Shown: positions 9,691 through 20,027 of the stretch, piece after piece
How the letters are laid out: every line of letters starts with the position of its first letter
Position numbering within the stretch: the stretch's first letter is position 1
Source: Nitrosopumilaceae archaeon
GTDB lineage: Archaea; Thermoproteota; Nitrososphaeria; Nitrososphaerales; Nitrosopumilaceae
NCBI GenBank assembly: GCA_965208905.1
Contig: OZ242365.1
Location: 1,760,001 to 1,824,000, forward strand
Direction of reading: 5' to 3'
Length of the DNA stretch: 64,000 nt
Made by a program: the position numbers and the translations under genes
The notes under the pieces: generated by a model
Told to the model about the DNA's origin: nothing
The model's database searches: none
What the model saw: the letters and a program-made list of their open reading frames with translations, nothing else

Positions 9691-9909
9691 TAGAGAATCA
9701 ATATTCTCTTTGATGTTAATCACCAGTTTACGCGCTGACTTTAATTCCTCTCCCTTCTCCCTTAGAATAAAGTCCGCTGCGATAAATTCACCAAACTTCT
9801 CAGCCTTTACATCCTCCAATTCTTCACACTCTGCCTCCAAGTTGCGAACCTCTTCCTGCGCACTCCTAAGCTGTTCAAACAATTCCTCGACCATTTCACG
9901 ATCTCCCAT
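9679..9909 (-). CDS. 76-aa acidic coiled-coil protein (module copy 1, gene B)
   Basis: MGDREMVEEL..CEELED..AEKFGEFIAA..IDSLLG; paralogue at 18604-18834. Confidence 0.8.
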   Translation of the reverse strand: MGDREMVEELFEQLRSAQEEVRNLEAECEELEDVKAEKFGEFIAADFILREKGEELKSARKLVINIKENIDSLLGM

Positions 9910-9969
9910 GATGTTATGTTGTGTTTGAGGCGTTTATGTGTTACAGGACACCATATGACGTGTATCCTG

Positions 9970-10046
9970 TACAGTGGAAATAGTCTGCGGGCGGAAACGA
10001 TGGTTTGTAGTGGAAACATAGGCAGGTCACAGATTTTCCAATTTTA
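9970..10046 (+). repeat. Dispersed GTGGAAA-rich repeat, split by the IS1595 insertion (continues ~12745-12795)
   Basis: CAGTGGAAATAG..GCGGAAAC..AGTGGAAACATAGG..GGTCACAGATTTTCCAATTTTA aligns with the reverse complement of 13467-13626. Confidence 0.6.
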
Positions 10047-10101
10047 GGGAATTATATACTTAAAATCAATCTTTATATAACCAGTGATTCTAAGGTGTAT
10101 A

Positions 10102-11043
10102 ATGCAACAAGCACCAGGTAAAAGCCACCGTGAAGGAATAACACTAGTGAAACTGTTCAAGATGTTTCCCGATGATGAAACGGCTGAAAAATGGTTTGAG
10201 TCAAACATATGGGGTGATGAGCCATGCTGTCCGTATTGTGGCAATACAAATGTAACAAAGACTGTAAACCAATCACAGCCGTATTACTGTGCAGGTCGTG
10301 GGAATTGCCACAAGCGGTTCTCTGTCAAAGTCGGCACCATAATGGAGCATTCCCATATCACATACCAACAGTGGGCAATCGCAACATACCAGTTCATGAC
10401 TAATGTGAAAGGCATTAGTTCAATGAAGTTACATAGGGATTTAGGCATTACCCAAAAGTCCGCATGGTTCATGGTTCAACGGTTAAGAGAATCATGGAAG
10501 ACATTAGCAAGTGTAAACAAGATGGAAGGTCCAGTCGAGATTGACGAGGCTTATTTCGGTGGCAAGGAAGGTAACAAACACGCAGACAAGAAAAGACCAC
10601 ATAGTCAAGGTGGAGCCGGCAAGGTTGCCGTTGTGGGAATAAAAGACCGCAAGACAGGTACAGTAAGAGCTCAACCCGTACCAGAGACTACCACAGCCCG
10701 TCTTGGTGAATTTATTAAACAAAACACCGAGACGGGCGCTACCCATTATACAGATGAGCATAAAGCATACAAGAGTTTACCAAACCATCATGTAGTTAAT
10801 CATTCCGTTAGTCAATATGTCAACGGCATGGCACACACAAATGGCATAGAATCCTTTTGGGCTTTACTAAAGCGTGGTTACTATGGAACATTTCATCATA
10901 TTTCGGCAAAACACCTACACAGGTATGTCAATGAGTTTGCAGGTCGCTTGAATATACGCAACATGGATACAATAGACATGATGGTAAGCATGGTTCAAGG
11001 CATGGTTGGCAAACGACTTACGTATGACGTACTCATTTCATAG
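10102..11043 (+). CDS. IS1595-family DDE transposase
   Basis: Zn ribbon CPYC, QKSAWFM HTH, VEIDEAYFGG, YTDE, HTNGIESFW, YVNEF. Confidence 0.93.
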   Translation: MQQAPGKSHREGITLVKLFKMFPDDETAEKWFESNIWGDEPCCPYCGNTNVTKTVNQSQPYYCAGRGNCHKRFSVKVGTIMEHSHITYQQWAIATYQFMTNVKGISSMKLHRDLGITQKSAWFMVQRLRESWKTLASVNKMEGPVEIDEAYFGGKEGNKHADKKRPHSQGGAGKVAVVGIKDRKTGTVRAQPVPETTTARLGEFIKQNTETGATHYTDEHKAYKSLPNHHVVNHSVSQYVNGMAHTNGIESFWALLKRGYYGTFHHISAKHLHRYVNEFAGRLNIRNMDTIDMMVSMVQGMVGKRLTYDVLIS

Positions 11044-12491
11044 TAGCAGGTATCGCACGTGGCTTCAATATAGAGAGATCTGGTTTGATACCTTTTGATT
11101 TTAGTGTGGCGATTAAGTATGCCAAATCCCTATTTCCTTTTGTACTGTTACATGCTCCACATAATAACATCAGATTATCAATATGGTCAGTGCCACCTTT
11201 GCTTTGCGGTATGATGTGGTCTATTGTAAAATTCCTAAACGGAAAGTGTACATTACATAGACAACGGCCTTCTTGCCTACCGTATAGTTCATGTTTGCGT
11301 GTGCGGTAATTTGGTATTGCGCCTTGGTCAGTACGTTTAGGTGCCTTATCGCGGTTGGTGATCTCATAATGCCTTAACCCCATAGTGCGTTGAGTTCGCA
11401 TGGCGACAAGTTCAACGGCCTTGTGCGATAGATCAATACCGACCCATTGACGGTTTAGTTTTTCGGCAGCCACACATGCCGTTGCGCACCCACAAAACGG
11501 ATCAAACACAATATCACCCTCATTGCTTGAGGCTTTTATAATGCGTTCTAGTAATGCTAATGGTTTTTGGGTTGGATAGCCTAATGCTTCTCCACTACTT
11601 GAAATTCTCGGTATATCATTCCAAAAATCATCTATAGGAACACCAACGTAATCTTCTGCATACTTACGGCGCTCTAACTTATTATTCTCATGTATTACCA
11701 CATTTCCCTTATCGTATTCTTCTTCCAATCGTTTTTTGCTCAATCGCCATCCACTAGGATGTGGGTTAGTAAATCCTCGCCATGTATAACATAGGTTAGG
11801 ACGATCACCCATTGATTTGGAACAAAATATCGGTATACCAGTCTTATATCGTCTCCCATCAACATCCACTTTAGGAAATTGTTCTCTCATTTGCTCTGAC
11901 GTAAGTTGCTGATATGGTCGCAATGTGGTTGTAGCAGTCTTAACATAGAATAACAGAATGTCAGTATTGCGGCCCCACTGTTTTGGTTTATGTTGAGAAC
12001 CTTTTCCTCTTTTATCATTGCGTTGCCAATGTACTTCATTACGAAAATTGTCTTTTCCAAATATTGCATCCATGACCAGTTTGAGGTAGTGACTGGCAGT
12101 TGGATCGCAATGTAAGTATATAGACCCCCCCCCCCCCGCGCAGGATCCGCCTCATCTCGATAAGGCGAATTCCCATCATGATAAGATATGACATCATGGA
12201 TTTGCCATGCGTATTACGAGTCGCATCAATAACAGCATGCAATGCGGGTTCACTGTCAGCCAAGTAGCCATGCCATGCAACATCCACATCACTCAATGAC
12301 CATGTATCCTTGAAAGCGGCCCCGGCCGCCTTAGAACCTATTGGTGCTTCATATGAGCGATTGGAATTGAATGGCGGATCTAAATATATCAAATCGACTG
12401 ATTCAGAGTTCATGCCCCGCATTATATCCAAGTTATCACCTGTCCACATGGTACGGTTTGACCAGTTAGGATCGTTCATACTATACATCAT
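11033..12491 (-). pseudogene. Beta-class N6/N4 DNA methyltransferase fused to a C-terminal HNH nuclease, frameshifted at a G13 tract
   Basis: DLIYLDPPF in the 5' frame; GSIYLHCD, YPTQKP, DPFCGC and IDHIIPQSKGG..NL..LC..CN in the 3' frame. The frames switch at C13 12125-12137. Confidence 0.88.
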
Positions 12492-12837
12492 ACATTATCG
12501 GTATATTTGACTACTGCCCAACAGTTTAAACCATGTGATCAAACTTTCTTAACCATACGTCACGTTTATAAAATAAGGATATGAAAGCAATTTCAAGGGC
12601 TCAAATCAACGCTCTTTTCGTCATTGGGGTCACTCCCTTTGGCTTTTGTAGTTTTATCATTGCCTGTCTTGTTGCTTTCATAACATACCTAGGAAATATG
12701 GATTATATAAAGATTGATTTTAAGTATATAATTCCCCAATTTTATGTTACAAATTTCCCAACCGTATAGTAGGTCACTATTTCTTCCCAATTCCCCCCAG
12801 ACGCAACGCTTTTCCAGATAGCTAGGATAACTCACTT

Positions 12838-13326
12838 GTGGAGATAGTCCTGATGGTCGGAATCGCAGGTAGTGGGAAGACCACCTACGCCACTGATATG
12901 TTCCCAGACCATGTCCAAGTGTCCATGGACAGATACCGGAAGGACAAGTCATGGGCAGTGAAAAGACGCGGGTTGATACGTAGGTACGACTGTGAGCGTC
13001 CACTAGGCTCAATCTTAATCGATAGTGGCAACAAGAAGGCAGAGTGTGTCTTGGTAAACGATGCTCTCAAAGAAGGTAGAGATGTGATTGTTGATGACAC
13101 AAACCTGACCAAAAAGATACGCCGACCCTATGTGATGCTGGCGCAGAAACACAGAGCTGTCATCAGAGTGGTATACTTCAGGAACATCCGACAGGCATAC
13201 GCCAGAAACGCGAGGAGAGTGAAAGGCGAAGATGTGGTGCCAAAGAAAGCTATCGACAAACAGCGTGACGAGTTGGAGCCCCCATCCGAGAACGAAGGTT
13301 TTGATACCATTTTGTTCGGGAGTTGA
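12838..13326 (+). CDS. AAA_33 / polynucleotide-kinase-like P-loop kinase
   Basis: GIAGSGKTT, IVDDTNL, RNARR, LEPP..EGF. Confidence 0.8.
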   Translation: MEIVLMVGIAGSGKTTYATDMFPDHVQVSMDRYRKDKSWAVKRRGLIRRYDCERPLGSILIDSGNKKAECVLVNDALKEGRDVIVDDTNLTKKIRRPYVMLAQKHRAVIRVVYFRNIRQAYARNARRVKGEDVVPKKAIDKQRDELEPPSENEGFDTILFGS

Positions 13327-13466
13327 AGATACCGGTTTGTGGGTGAACTGACATCTAAACCACGATTATTTGCTAGATGATAGCTGGTTTTGGTTGTATG
13401 TTAATCTCCGCAACCTTGCTGGCGCATGGGCTGTATAATAATCGGCACTTGAGACGCTTCTGGTAC

Positions 13467-13626
13467 GAAATGCTGACCTAGAAAAAGTTGAAAAAGATAT
13501 GACCTAAAATTGGAAAGTTTGCGACCCGACCTCTGTTTCCACTCGACCTCTATTTCCACCCCACACATTTGATGTACGCAAGACCTACGTTTCCGCTCTG
13601 GGTCACTTTTTTGACAGTTCCGTATA
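13467..13626 (-). repeat. Most complete copy of the dispersed intergenic repeat
   Basis: Iterated GACCTCTRTTTCCAC / GACCTACGTTTCCGC units plus GACCTARAA units; homologous to 16909-17050. Confidence 0.65.
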
Positions 13627-13731
13627 GGTCACCATGTCTTGACAGCACCGTAGCGAACGGGCCGATTTCGCCGCTCACGGGTGCGGTCTCAGTGTCTAAA
13701 ATTTTAATATCGTCCATCTGTTATAATAGGC

Positions 13732-14895
13732 GTGACCTCATTGGGACAACCGGTATTGCTATGTCTGGCAGTGACCGTTACGGCATCCTTGGCTGTGCCG
13801 AGCATCACGGTAGGAGCCGAAGAGAACTTGGCCGCTTACGCCACCGCGCCTTTAGTCCCCCCATCGTCCGGCTTCGCCAACAGCGTCGCCATCACGGAAA
13901 TATCTGGCGGGACGTACGCGGTGGTTGCCAACCTGCGTGCCAACCTGGACATCATTGGCGACGGCAACTGGACCGCCGCCATGCGCGTCGGCGTAAGCAT
14001 CATCAACGTTACGTACCCGGCCGCCCCCACCACGGTCACCGGCACAACCTACGATGCCGACGGCTTTACGCATCTGATTGGAGGGGCCAGCATCGCTGTC
14101 TCGCAGATATCCGGCGGGACGTACGCGGTGGTTGTCAGCGCGGATGACACCGGCATCCAGATAATCAACATCACCGACCCGTCAGCCCCCGCCATTGTCA
14201 ACGGCACCTTCGAAATAACCAACGGGTTCACCCATTTGTACGGAGCGGTAGGTGTCGAGATAGTAGAGATTGCAGAGAGAACGTACGCAGTCGTCGCCGG
14301 TGAGCAAGACAGCGGTCTGCAGATAGTCGACATTACCGACCCGGCCTCTCCGATATCGACCGCCGCCGTAACCGACGGCGTTGATGGATTCACCGCACTG
14401 AGCGGGGCATTTGAAGTAAGCGTCTGGAGTATATCTAACAGGACCTATGCGGCGGTTGCCAGCGTGTACGACAGTGGCCTACAGATAGTCGACATCACCG
14501 ACCCGGCCAATCCTTTCCCAGTCGTGGACATAACTGGCATCACCGACCCGGTCTCCGGCGGATACACCGCGCTGCGCTGGATGTTTGACGTGACCGTCTT
14601 TGAGACATCCGGCAGGACGTACGCGGTGGCTGCCAGCATACGCGACAATAGCCTACAGATATTTGACATCACCGACCCGTCAGATCCCGCGCCAGTCATC
14701 GGCATTACTGATGATCTGGACGAGTTTGCTGGATTGACCGTCACAGGTATAGAAATAGCTGAAATAGACAGCAGAACCTACGTGGTAATCGCCAGCGCAG
14801 ATTATGGGAGTGTACAGATAATAGACATCACCGACCCGGCCAACCCATTTCCACTACCGTCCCCGCATTCAACCACCCGTCCTGATTCCGGCTGA
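13732..14895 (+). CDS. Secreted LVIVD-repeat beta-propeller protein
   Basis: Signal peptide; about 6 repeats of TYAVV....SGLQIVDITDP. Confidence 0.85.
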   Translation: MTSLGQPVLLCLAVTVTASLAVPSITVGAEENLAAYATAPLVPPSSGFANSVAITEISGGTYAVVANLRANLDIIGDGNWTAAMRVGVSIINVTYPAAPTTVTGTTYDADGFTHLIGGASIAVSQISGGTYAVVVSADDTGIQIINITDPSAPAIVNGTFEITNGFTHLYGAVGVEIVEIAERTYAVVAGEQDSGLQIVDITDPASPISTAAVTDGVDGFTALSGAFEVSVWSISNRTYAAVASVYDSGLQIVDITDPANPFPVVDITGITDPVSGGYTALRWMFDVTVFETSGRTYAVAASIRDNSLQIFDITDPSDPAPVIGITDDLDEFAGLTVTGIEIAEIDSRTYVVIASADYGSVQIIDITDPANPFPLPSPHSTTRPDSG

Positions 14896-15229
14896 AGCGT
14901 CGGCACCTGGATGCCGAACCATGCGCCTTTCAGGCCAAATATGGCGTGTGTAGAATCTGCAAACATGGACGAATTACAGTGCATGTTGTTGATATACGGG
15001 TTAGGCGGAGCGGCTCCGTACCTCCTTGAAGGCGCACCCCACCAAGCGCCTGCGGGTTCTGGAGGCCGAGGTTGCCCAGGTCAGGGACAAGCCGCGGACC
15101 TTGCGGGATGCTACCGTTTTACCGTATATTCGTGGTTCCAAAACAGTAGGGTGCGGCACCTCCTACCGGTTGCGTTGTTCCAGTACAACAACTGGAAAGT
15201 CTATAAAATAAGTCTGAGAAATACAAGTA

Positions 15230-15622
15230 GTACTATACTGCGGCCATCAGACGAAAAGAAGGACTATCAATACGGGAGATAGCCGATGATGTCAATGTGA
15301 GTGTTAGTGCTGTATCGATGTGGTTGCAAAGCATGATGACGCGCGGCATCGGGAGGATTATGAGGTCAAACGGGGCAGACCACCAAAGCTTACACCCGAA
15401 CAACTAGAGGAATTAAGTGTAGACATGAGAGAGCCCCCTGTACGGTATGGTCTGGATTCGATTGCCTGGGTATCACGTACGGTTGCGCAGTATGTATTAC
15501 AAAAGTTTGGTATTTCAATCACACCTGGTTCGATGCGCCGTATTCTGGTGCGCAAAAACATAGAGTGGCCCGGCTCAGCAAAAGCCATTGGGGGCGCGGG
15601 GAACTTTCCCCGAATCAAATAA
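15230..15622 (+). pseudogene. IS630-like HTH / winged-helix transposase remnant
   Basis: GLSIREIADDVNVSVSAVSMW, a frameshift, then GRPPKLTPEQ..W..KFGISIT..MRRIL. Confidence 0.65.
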
Positions 15623-15635
15623 AAAAGAAAGATGA

Positions 15636-16397
15636 TTAGCGTTGTGTGACGCGTGTAGAGCGTGGGTCTGATATGGTGCTTGTGCTGCCGTCGGTGCCCG
15701 TGACGGTGATGTATAGTTCGGACGAGGCCGGAACTGTCCGCAGTATGTCAAGGACGTCGGCGTGGCCTCCGGTTGAGATGCCGGTGACGACAATCCGGAA
15801 CGACTTTGAGGAGCCGGCCGTCAGTGATACCAAATCATCCTCATCGGTGCTGAATCCGGTAACCAACACAGTCGCAGTGACAGTAGCAGGATCGGCTCCA
15901 TCGGCTGCAGTAGCAGCATCGACGATATTGAACGCGTTGTCGGCGGCGTTTACGGCAACACCACTACTAACAGCGGTGTTTGCAGTACCGCCATTATCTA
16001 CTGCATCATCCACACCTGTTACTGAGCCACCGACGTCATCCAGTCCGGACAGAGTAAGCGTGCCGTGCCCGTCTGCAATCTGCCCGTCCTCTGTGCTGGC
16101 GAGCTAGGTGATGACCAGATCGCTGACCGCAATCTCATCTATCGTAACAGACTTCATTATACCACTGCCTAGATTCTTTATGTTGCCTGATATCACCAGA
16201 CGGTTATCATCAGTATATGCGCTTACAGTCTCAATGACCAGCTTTTCGGCAGCCTCCTTCTCCATGCTTGTGATGTTGGAGATCTCAATGGGTCCCCGCA
16301 CTACCAAATCCATGATGTTGTGTATGCCTGCATCAGCCAGTTTGCGTTCAGTTACCGGTCCGACACCCTCCAGACTGTCAAGTTGTATGTCTTCCAT
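15636..16397 (-). pseudogene. Chimera: RadA N-terminal HhH fragment fused to a pilin-like C-terminal region, with an in-frame TAG at 16104-16106
   Basis: LDSLEGVGPVTERKLADAGIHNIMDLVVRGP (RadA-like), then LVISGNIKNLGS..SELYITVTGTDGSTS (resembles a thaumarchaeal pilin); same frame on both sides of the stop. Confidence 0.7.
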
Positions 16398-16573
16398 TGG
16401 CAGTGTAAAGTGCCGTTCCATTTAAGGCGCCATATGTGTTGTGGTGAATGTCATAGGAACTGGTCAGAGATACTGACCTGTGTATGACTGGGACAGTTCC
16501 GGCCAAGTCCCCATTTCTTGACACATTCAACAGGATAATTCCCTTAAATATGATGATACAACGCTTTTTGTAT

Positions 16574-16909
16574 ATGCAGAAGATGCAAATCATGAAGAGG
16601 AAGAAACAGCCATGGGGTGAAGAAGGTTCACTGATTGAGTTCAACGACTCCATATACAAGGCAGTAAGCCCAAGACGTTCAAACCCGAAATACGGTTCCG
16701 GGTGTTATTCTATGGATGTCGTCTACCTGCGCGAGTATGATGATCTCCCACGACGGGATCGTAAAACACTCCTAGATGGATTTGAGCTGAGTTGGCATGA
16801 GGATTGGGATACCAAACCAAGTGATGCTGATCTGCTAAATAGGGCCAAGAGGGTTTCCGAGCAATTCAACAGGAGGGGAACGCGCCTCAATGACGCTTCA
16901 CTAAAGTAG
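16574..16909 (+). CDS. Hypothetical protein
   Basis: Open frame with protein-like composition; start uncertain. Confidence 0.45.
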   Translation: MQKMQIMKRKKQPWGEEGSLIEFNDSIYKAVSPRRSNPKYGSGCYSMDVVYLREYDDLPRRDRKTLLDGFELSWHEDWDTKPSDADLLNRAKRVSEQFNRRGTRLNDASLK

Positions 16910-17050
16910 GGGAACTGTCCCACCTATGGCGCGTGCCACAAAAACTACGTAGGGTGGAAATCTAGTGGGGCGGGCACATAGGTAGGCCACAAACTTTCCA
17001 ACTTCAGGTCAGACACTTTCCAACTTTTTCTATGTCGGTATTTCTGACCA
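16909..17050 (+). repeat. Dispersed intergenic repeat copy
   Basis: GGAACTGTC..GGGTGGAAAT..CAAACTTTCCAACTTCAGGTCA..CAACTTTTTCTA parallels the reverse complement of 13467-13626. Confidence 0.65.
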
Positions 17051-17097
17051 GTTCCAAGTCATATGGCGCCTTATATTGTATCATACATCAGGAGTAC

Positions 17098-17620
17098 ATG
17101 AGTACAGTATCTGTTATACGGCAGGCCGTCATACAGGAGATAAACCGCATACCGTTTGATGGAATTGGAGGCAGTATAAGGATAGACGATGATTTTGAGC
17201 CAATCCAGTCAAACACCACACTGGATTGTACGTTTGTAGCTGGCGGCAATGTGACCATACTGCACACGCCGTACTGTCATTTGGAGATGAACCGATTGTT
17301 CGGCGCCACGTACAATGGAATGAGCCGTATACGGGAGTATCCGCGTGTGTCGTTCTATTCGCTTATACGGTATGAGCCCATCACACATGCAATATATCCA
17401 ATACGCCCTTGTGGGGGAACCTGCGCATAATCCTTTAGATTGGATTGAATTTTACGGTTTCGAACGACCCCTGAGGCCGGCGGCATGCAGACAATTGTAT
17501 AATCCCAAGAATTCCGATAATGCCGTACCGGTGAGATGTCAGTTGAAGACTGTTTGGTTATGTTTGTGGGACACAGCCACGAATACTGCCACACTTATAT
17601 CCCACCGGGACGTCCGTTAG
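17098..17620 (+). pseudogene. Hypothetical protein, possibly frameshifted
   Basis: Two overlapping + frames (17032-17430 and 17345-17620). Confidence 0.3.
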
Positions 17621-17624
17621 ACAC

Positions 17625-18236
17625 ATGCTCGCGGGACGTCCCTCGCTTGACAACCTAAAGATGGTCGCCGATGTGATAGTGAGTCCGGGTGACAGCTTTG
17701 CCACCATCCGGGACAACTACCACAACTACTATCTAGCCTCCATATGCGTGACGTTCGCGGCACTCGCCTCGGTAGTATTGTTTGTGGCACTCTTTTCCCG
17801 CGAACCATACCAACTGTGGCTGAATATAGCAGTCGGTTTTGTCGGAATTGTCATCCAGGCGGCGGTCTTCCATTGCGTAAGCCGACTGTTTGGCGGTTCC
17901 AAGAATGCGATGCAGGCCTTTACGGTGTATTTCTACGCGAACTCTGTCATATTCGGCATGTTGGCGATTGTTGGGATTGACATGTTGATGCGATTCACGT
18001 TGTTGGGTTTTTCTATGTCGTTTAGTAGCCTGTTGCTCACCACAATCTTCGCGGTATGGTGGGCGATAGTTTCAGTCAAGGCACTCAAGGCGGTAAACGG
18101 ATTCGGTACGGGAGAGGCGCTGGGCGCTTGGCTGCTTGGGCTGATCGTGTTAGCTGTGGCTAGTAGTGGTGCGATAATAACAGGCATCACCACGCAACTC
18201 GACATATCGTGGATATCGGCTCCCTTTTGGGTTTGA
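17625..18236 (+). CDS. Yip1-family membrane protein
   Basis: IVSPGDSF, five TM segments, RLFGG, KALKAVNGFGTGEA. Confidence 0.7.
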   Translation: MLAGRPSLDNLKMVADVIVSPGDSFATIRDNYHNYYLASICVTFAALASVVLFVALFSREPYQLWLNIAVGFVGIVIQAAVFHCVSRLFGGSKNAMQAFTVYFYANSVIFGMLAIVGIDMLMRFTLLGFSMSFSSLLLTTIFAVWWAIVSVKALKAVNGFGTGEALGAWLLGLIVLAVASSGAIITGITTQLDISWISAPFWV

Positions 18237-18501
18237 TGTTGTGACATCATATGAACTTGCCTCCCATGGCAGCGAACGTCATGGATGCACCAATACCGAT
18301 TAGAATCAGTGTTACTATCAGGCCTGATATGGCCGGGCGTCGCAGGTGTTGTTGATTGGCGCCGGCAGAGCCGCGCCAATGTTCTTGTATTTCTGTCATT
18401 GCTACCTAGCATATATGGGGGGCGTTAAAGGGTTACAGCGGTGGGGCGGGTCCCAGCGGCGTGATTATACAACATAAATAATAGTTCTGCGTAGTTATAT
18501 T

Positions 18502-18618
18502 ATGGGAATTACACAAGAAGACTACGACCGCATACAGGCGAAGTTTGACAAATTGTATGAACATGTAGATGCCGCGCGTGCACATATCGCCAGGGCCAAC
18601 GAACTACTCTCCAAGTAA
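18502..18618 (+). CDS. 38-aa helical microprotein (module copy 2, gene A)
   Basis: MGITQEDYDRIQAKFDKLYEHVDAARAHIARANELLSK; TATA-like ATAAATAAT upstream. Confidence 0.75.
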   Translation: MGITQEDYDRIQAKFDKLYEHVDAARAHIARANELLSK

Positions 18619-18834
18619 CGCATCAATGTCTTTTTGAATATCGGCCTCCACTTCCTGCGCCAATTCCAGTTCCTCTACTGCTTCTCTTCGGGCAATATTG
18701 GCTGCAATAAATTCACCAAGCTTCTCTGCACAACTGTCATCCAATTCCTCACAGTTTGCCTCGGCTTCACGAACTATCCTGCGCGCGTCCTCCAACTGCG
18801 CATACAACTGCTCCAGCATCTCTCTGTCTGCCAT
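18604..18834 (-). CDS. 76-aa acidic coiled-coil protein (module copy 2, gene B)
   Basis: MADREMLEQL..CEELDD..AEKLGEFIAA..IDALLG. Confidence 0.8.
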   Translation of the reverse strand: MADREMLEQLYAQLEDARRIVREAEANCEELDDSCAEKLGEFIAANIARREAVEELELAQEVEADIQKDIDALLGE

Positions 18835-18968
18835 ATTACCATATCATGTGGGAGACGTTTATAGGTTGAACACGTGAACTGTCACAAAATTGCGTGTATA
18901 GTTGGGAGCATAAATAATCCTACATTCTGTTAGAAAGGCATAAATGATCAAAATTATTACCTAATTCT

Positions 18969-19703
18969 ATGAATAACCAAACTAATGCCCAAAAAATAAA
19001 GGCTGCCCTAAAACAGACTAAGAGTACAACGCAATACGCCCGTATCGTAGCCGTAAATATGGTGCGCGTTAAAGGATATACCGTCTCTGCGGCAGCGGAT
19101 GTGCTTGGTGTCGATCGTAGCACCATATATGATTGGCTTAATGTCTACGACCATAAAGGCCTGGATGGCCTCGCCGATGGTGCGAGGCCTGGCCGTCCAT
19201 CTTTCGTACCGCGCCACACATTAGAGAATATAATTAACAATACCAAACAATTCACCGCCTACGGATTTGTTAAACTGGCTGAGAAAAAGACCGGCATAAA
19301 ATACAGCGAATCGCAAGCGCGCCGTATCCTTAGGTCTCTTGGCTTTACTATACGGAAGACTCCCCGGATATCCGACCGAATTCCACCAAGGAAAGATCTC
19401 GAAATCTGGCAGAAAGATGCCAAAAATGAGATAGAAACATTGGAAAAAGACGGATTCACGCCTATAATGTCGGATGAAAGCCACCAAAATTTGAGCATGT
19501 TTGGCAGCGGCGCAGTCTATACACGCGGTGATGCCATACCGGTACAAACACCACTCGGCAACCAGCGCCAGACCATATACGGAGGCATCACGTTAGATGG
19601 GCAGACATGCTATATGATGGTCGCTAGCAAGGCCAACGACAGGTTGTTCATCAGGTATTTAAACAAGACAAAAAAACGGTTCTGGGAAATCAACGGGACA
19701 TGA
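18969..19703 (+). pseudogene. IS630-family transposase, truncated at the C-terminus
   Basis: HTH, ARPGRP, winged HTH, MSDES (first catalytic Asp); cut at 19678 by the MITE-like element. Confidence 0.8.
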
Positions 19704-19848
19704 CATGGAAGCCGCAGGTATCACTATCGAGGGCAATAGCAAGTACCTAACCCTCATTCGAGCAGCCGCAGAATCAACATCTTAATCCCTCATTTTTTAT
19801 GTCCCTAATTTCCCACTACATGTCATGTCCCGTTGATTTCCCAGAACC
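19678..19848. mobile_element. MITE-like element with 30-bp perfect inverted repeats
   Basis: GGTTCTGGGAAATCAACGGGACATGACATG (19678-19707 / 19819-19848); the interior encodes a transposase-like C-terminal tail, EAAGITIEGNSKYLTLIRAA. Confidence 0.75.
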
Positions 19849-20027
19849 TACTCAACTGTCTTTACTACATTTGCATGGCGGTCTGGAAGCTAGGAAGACA
19901 CGTTGACCTGACCACGATTTCCACTGCGACCTATGTTTCCACCTATGTAAGCTAGGCTTCGGAGAGCGTGTCGCCGCATACCTTGTTGAATGCCAAAGTA
20001 TGATAGCCAGCCAGTACTATATAAACA

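Larger units (their letters stand above)
10047..12736 (+). mobile_element. IS1595-family transporter IS with MTase-HNH cargo
   Basis: Perfect 34-bp TIR GGGAATTATATACTTAAAATCAATCTTTATATAA (10047-10080 / 12703-12736); 8-bp TSD CAATTTTA (10039-10046 / 12737-12744). Confidence 0.95.
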
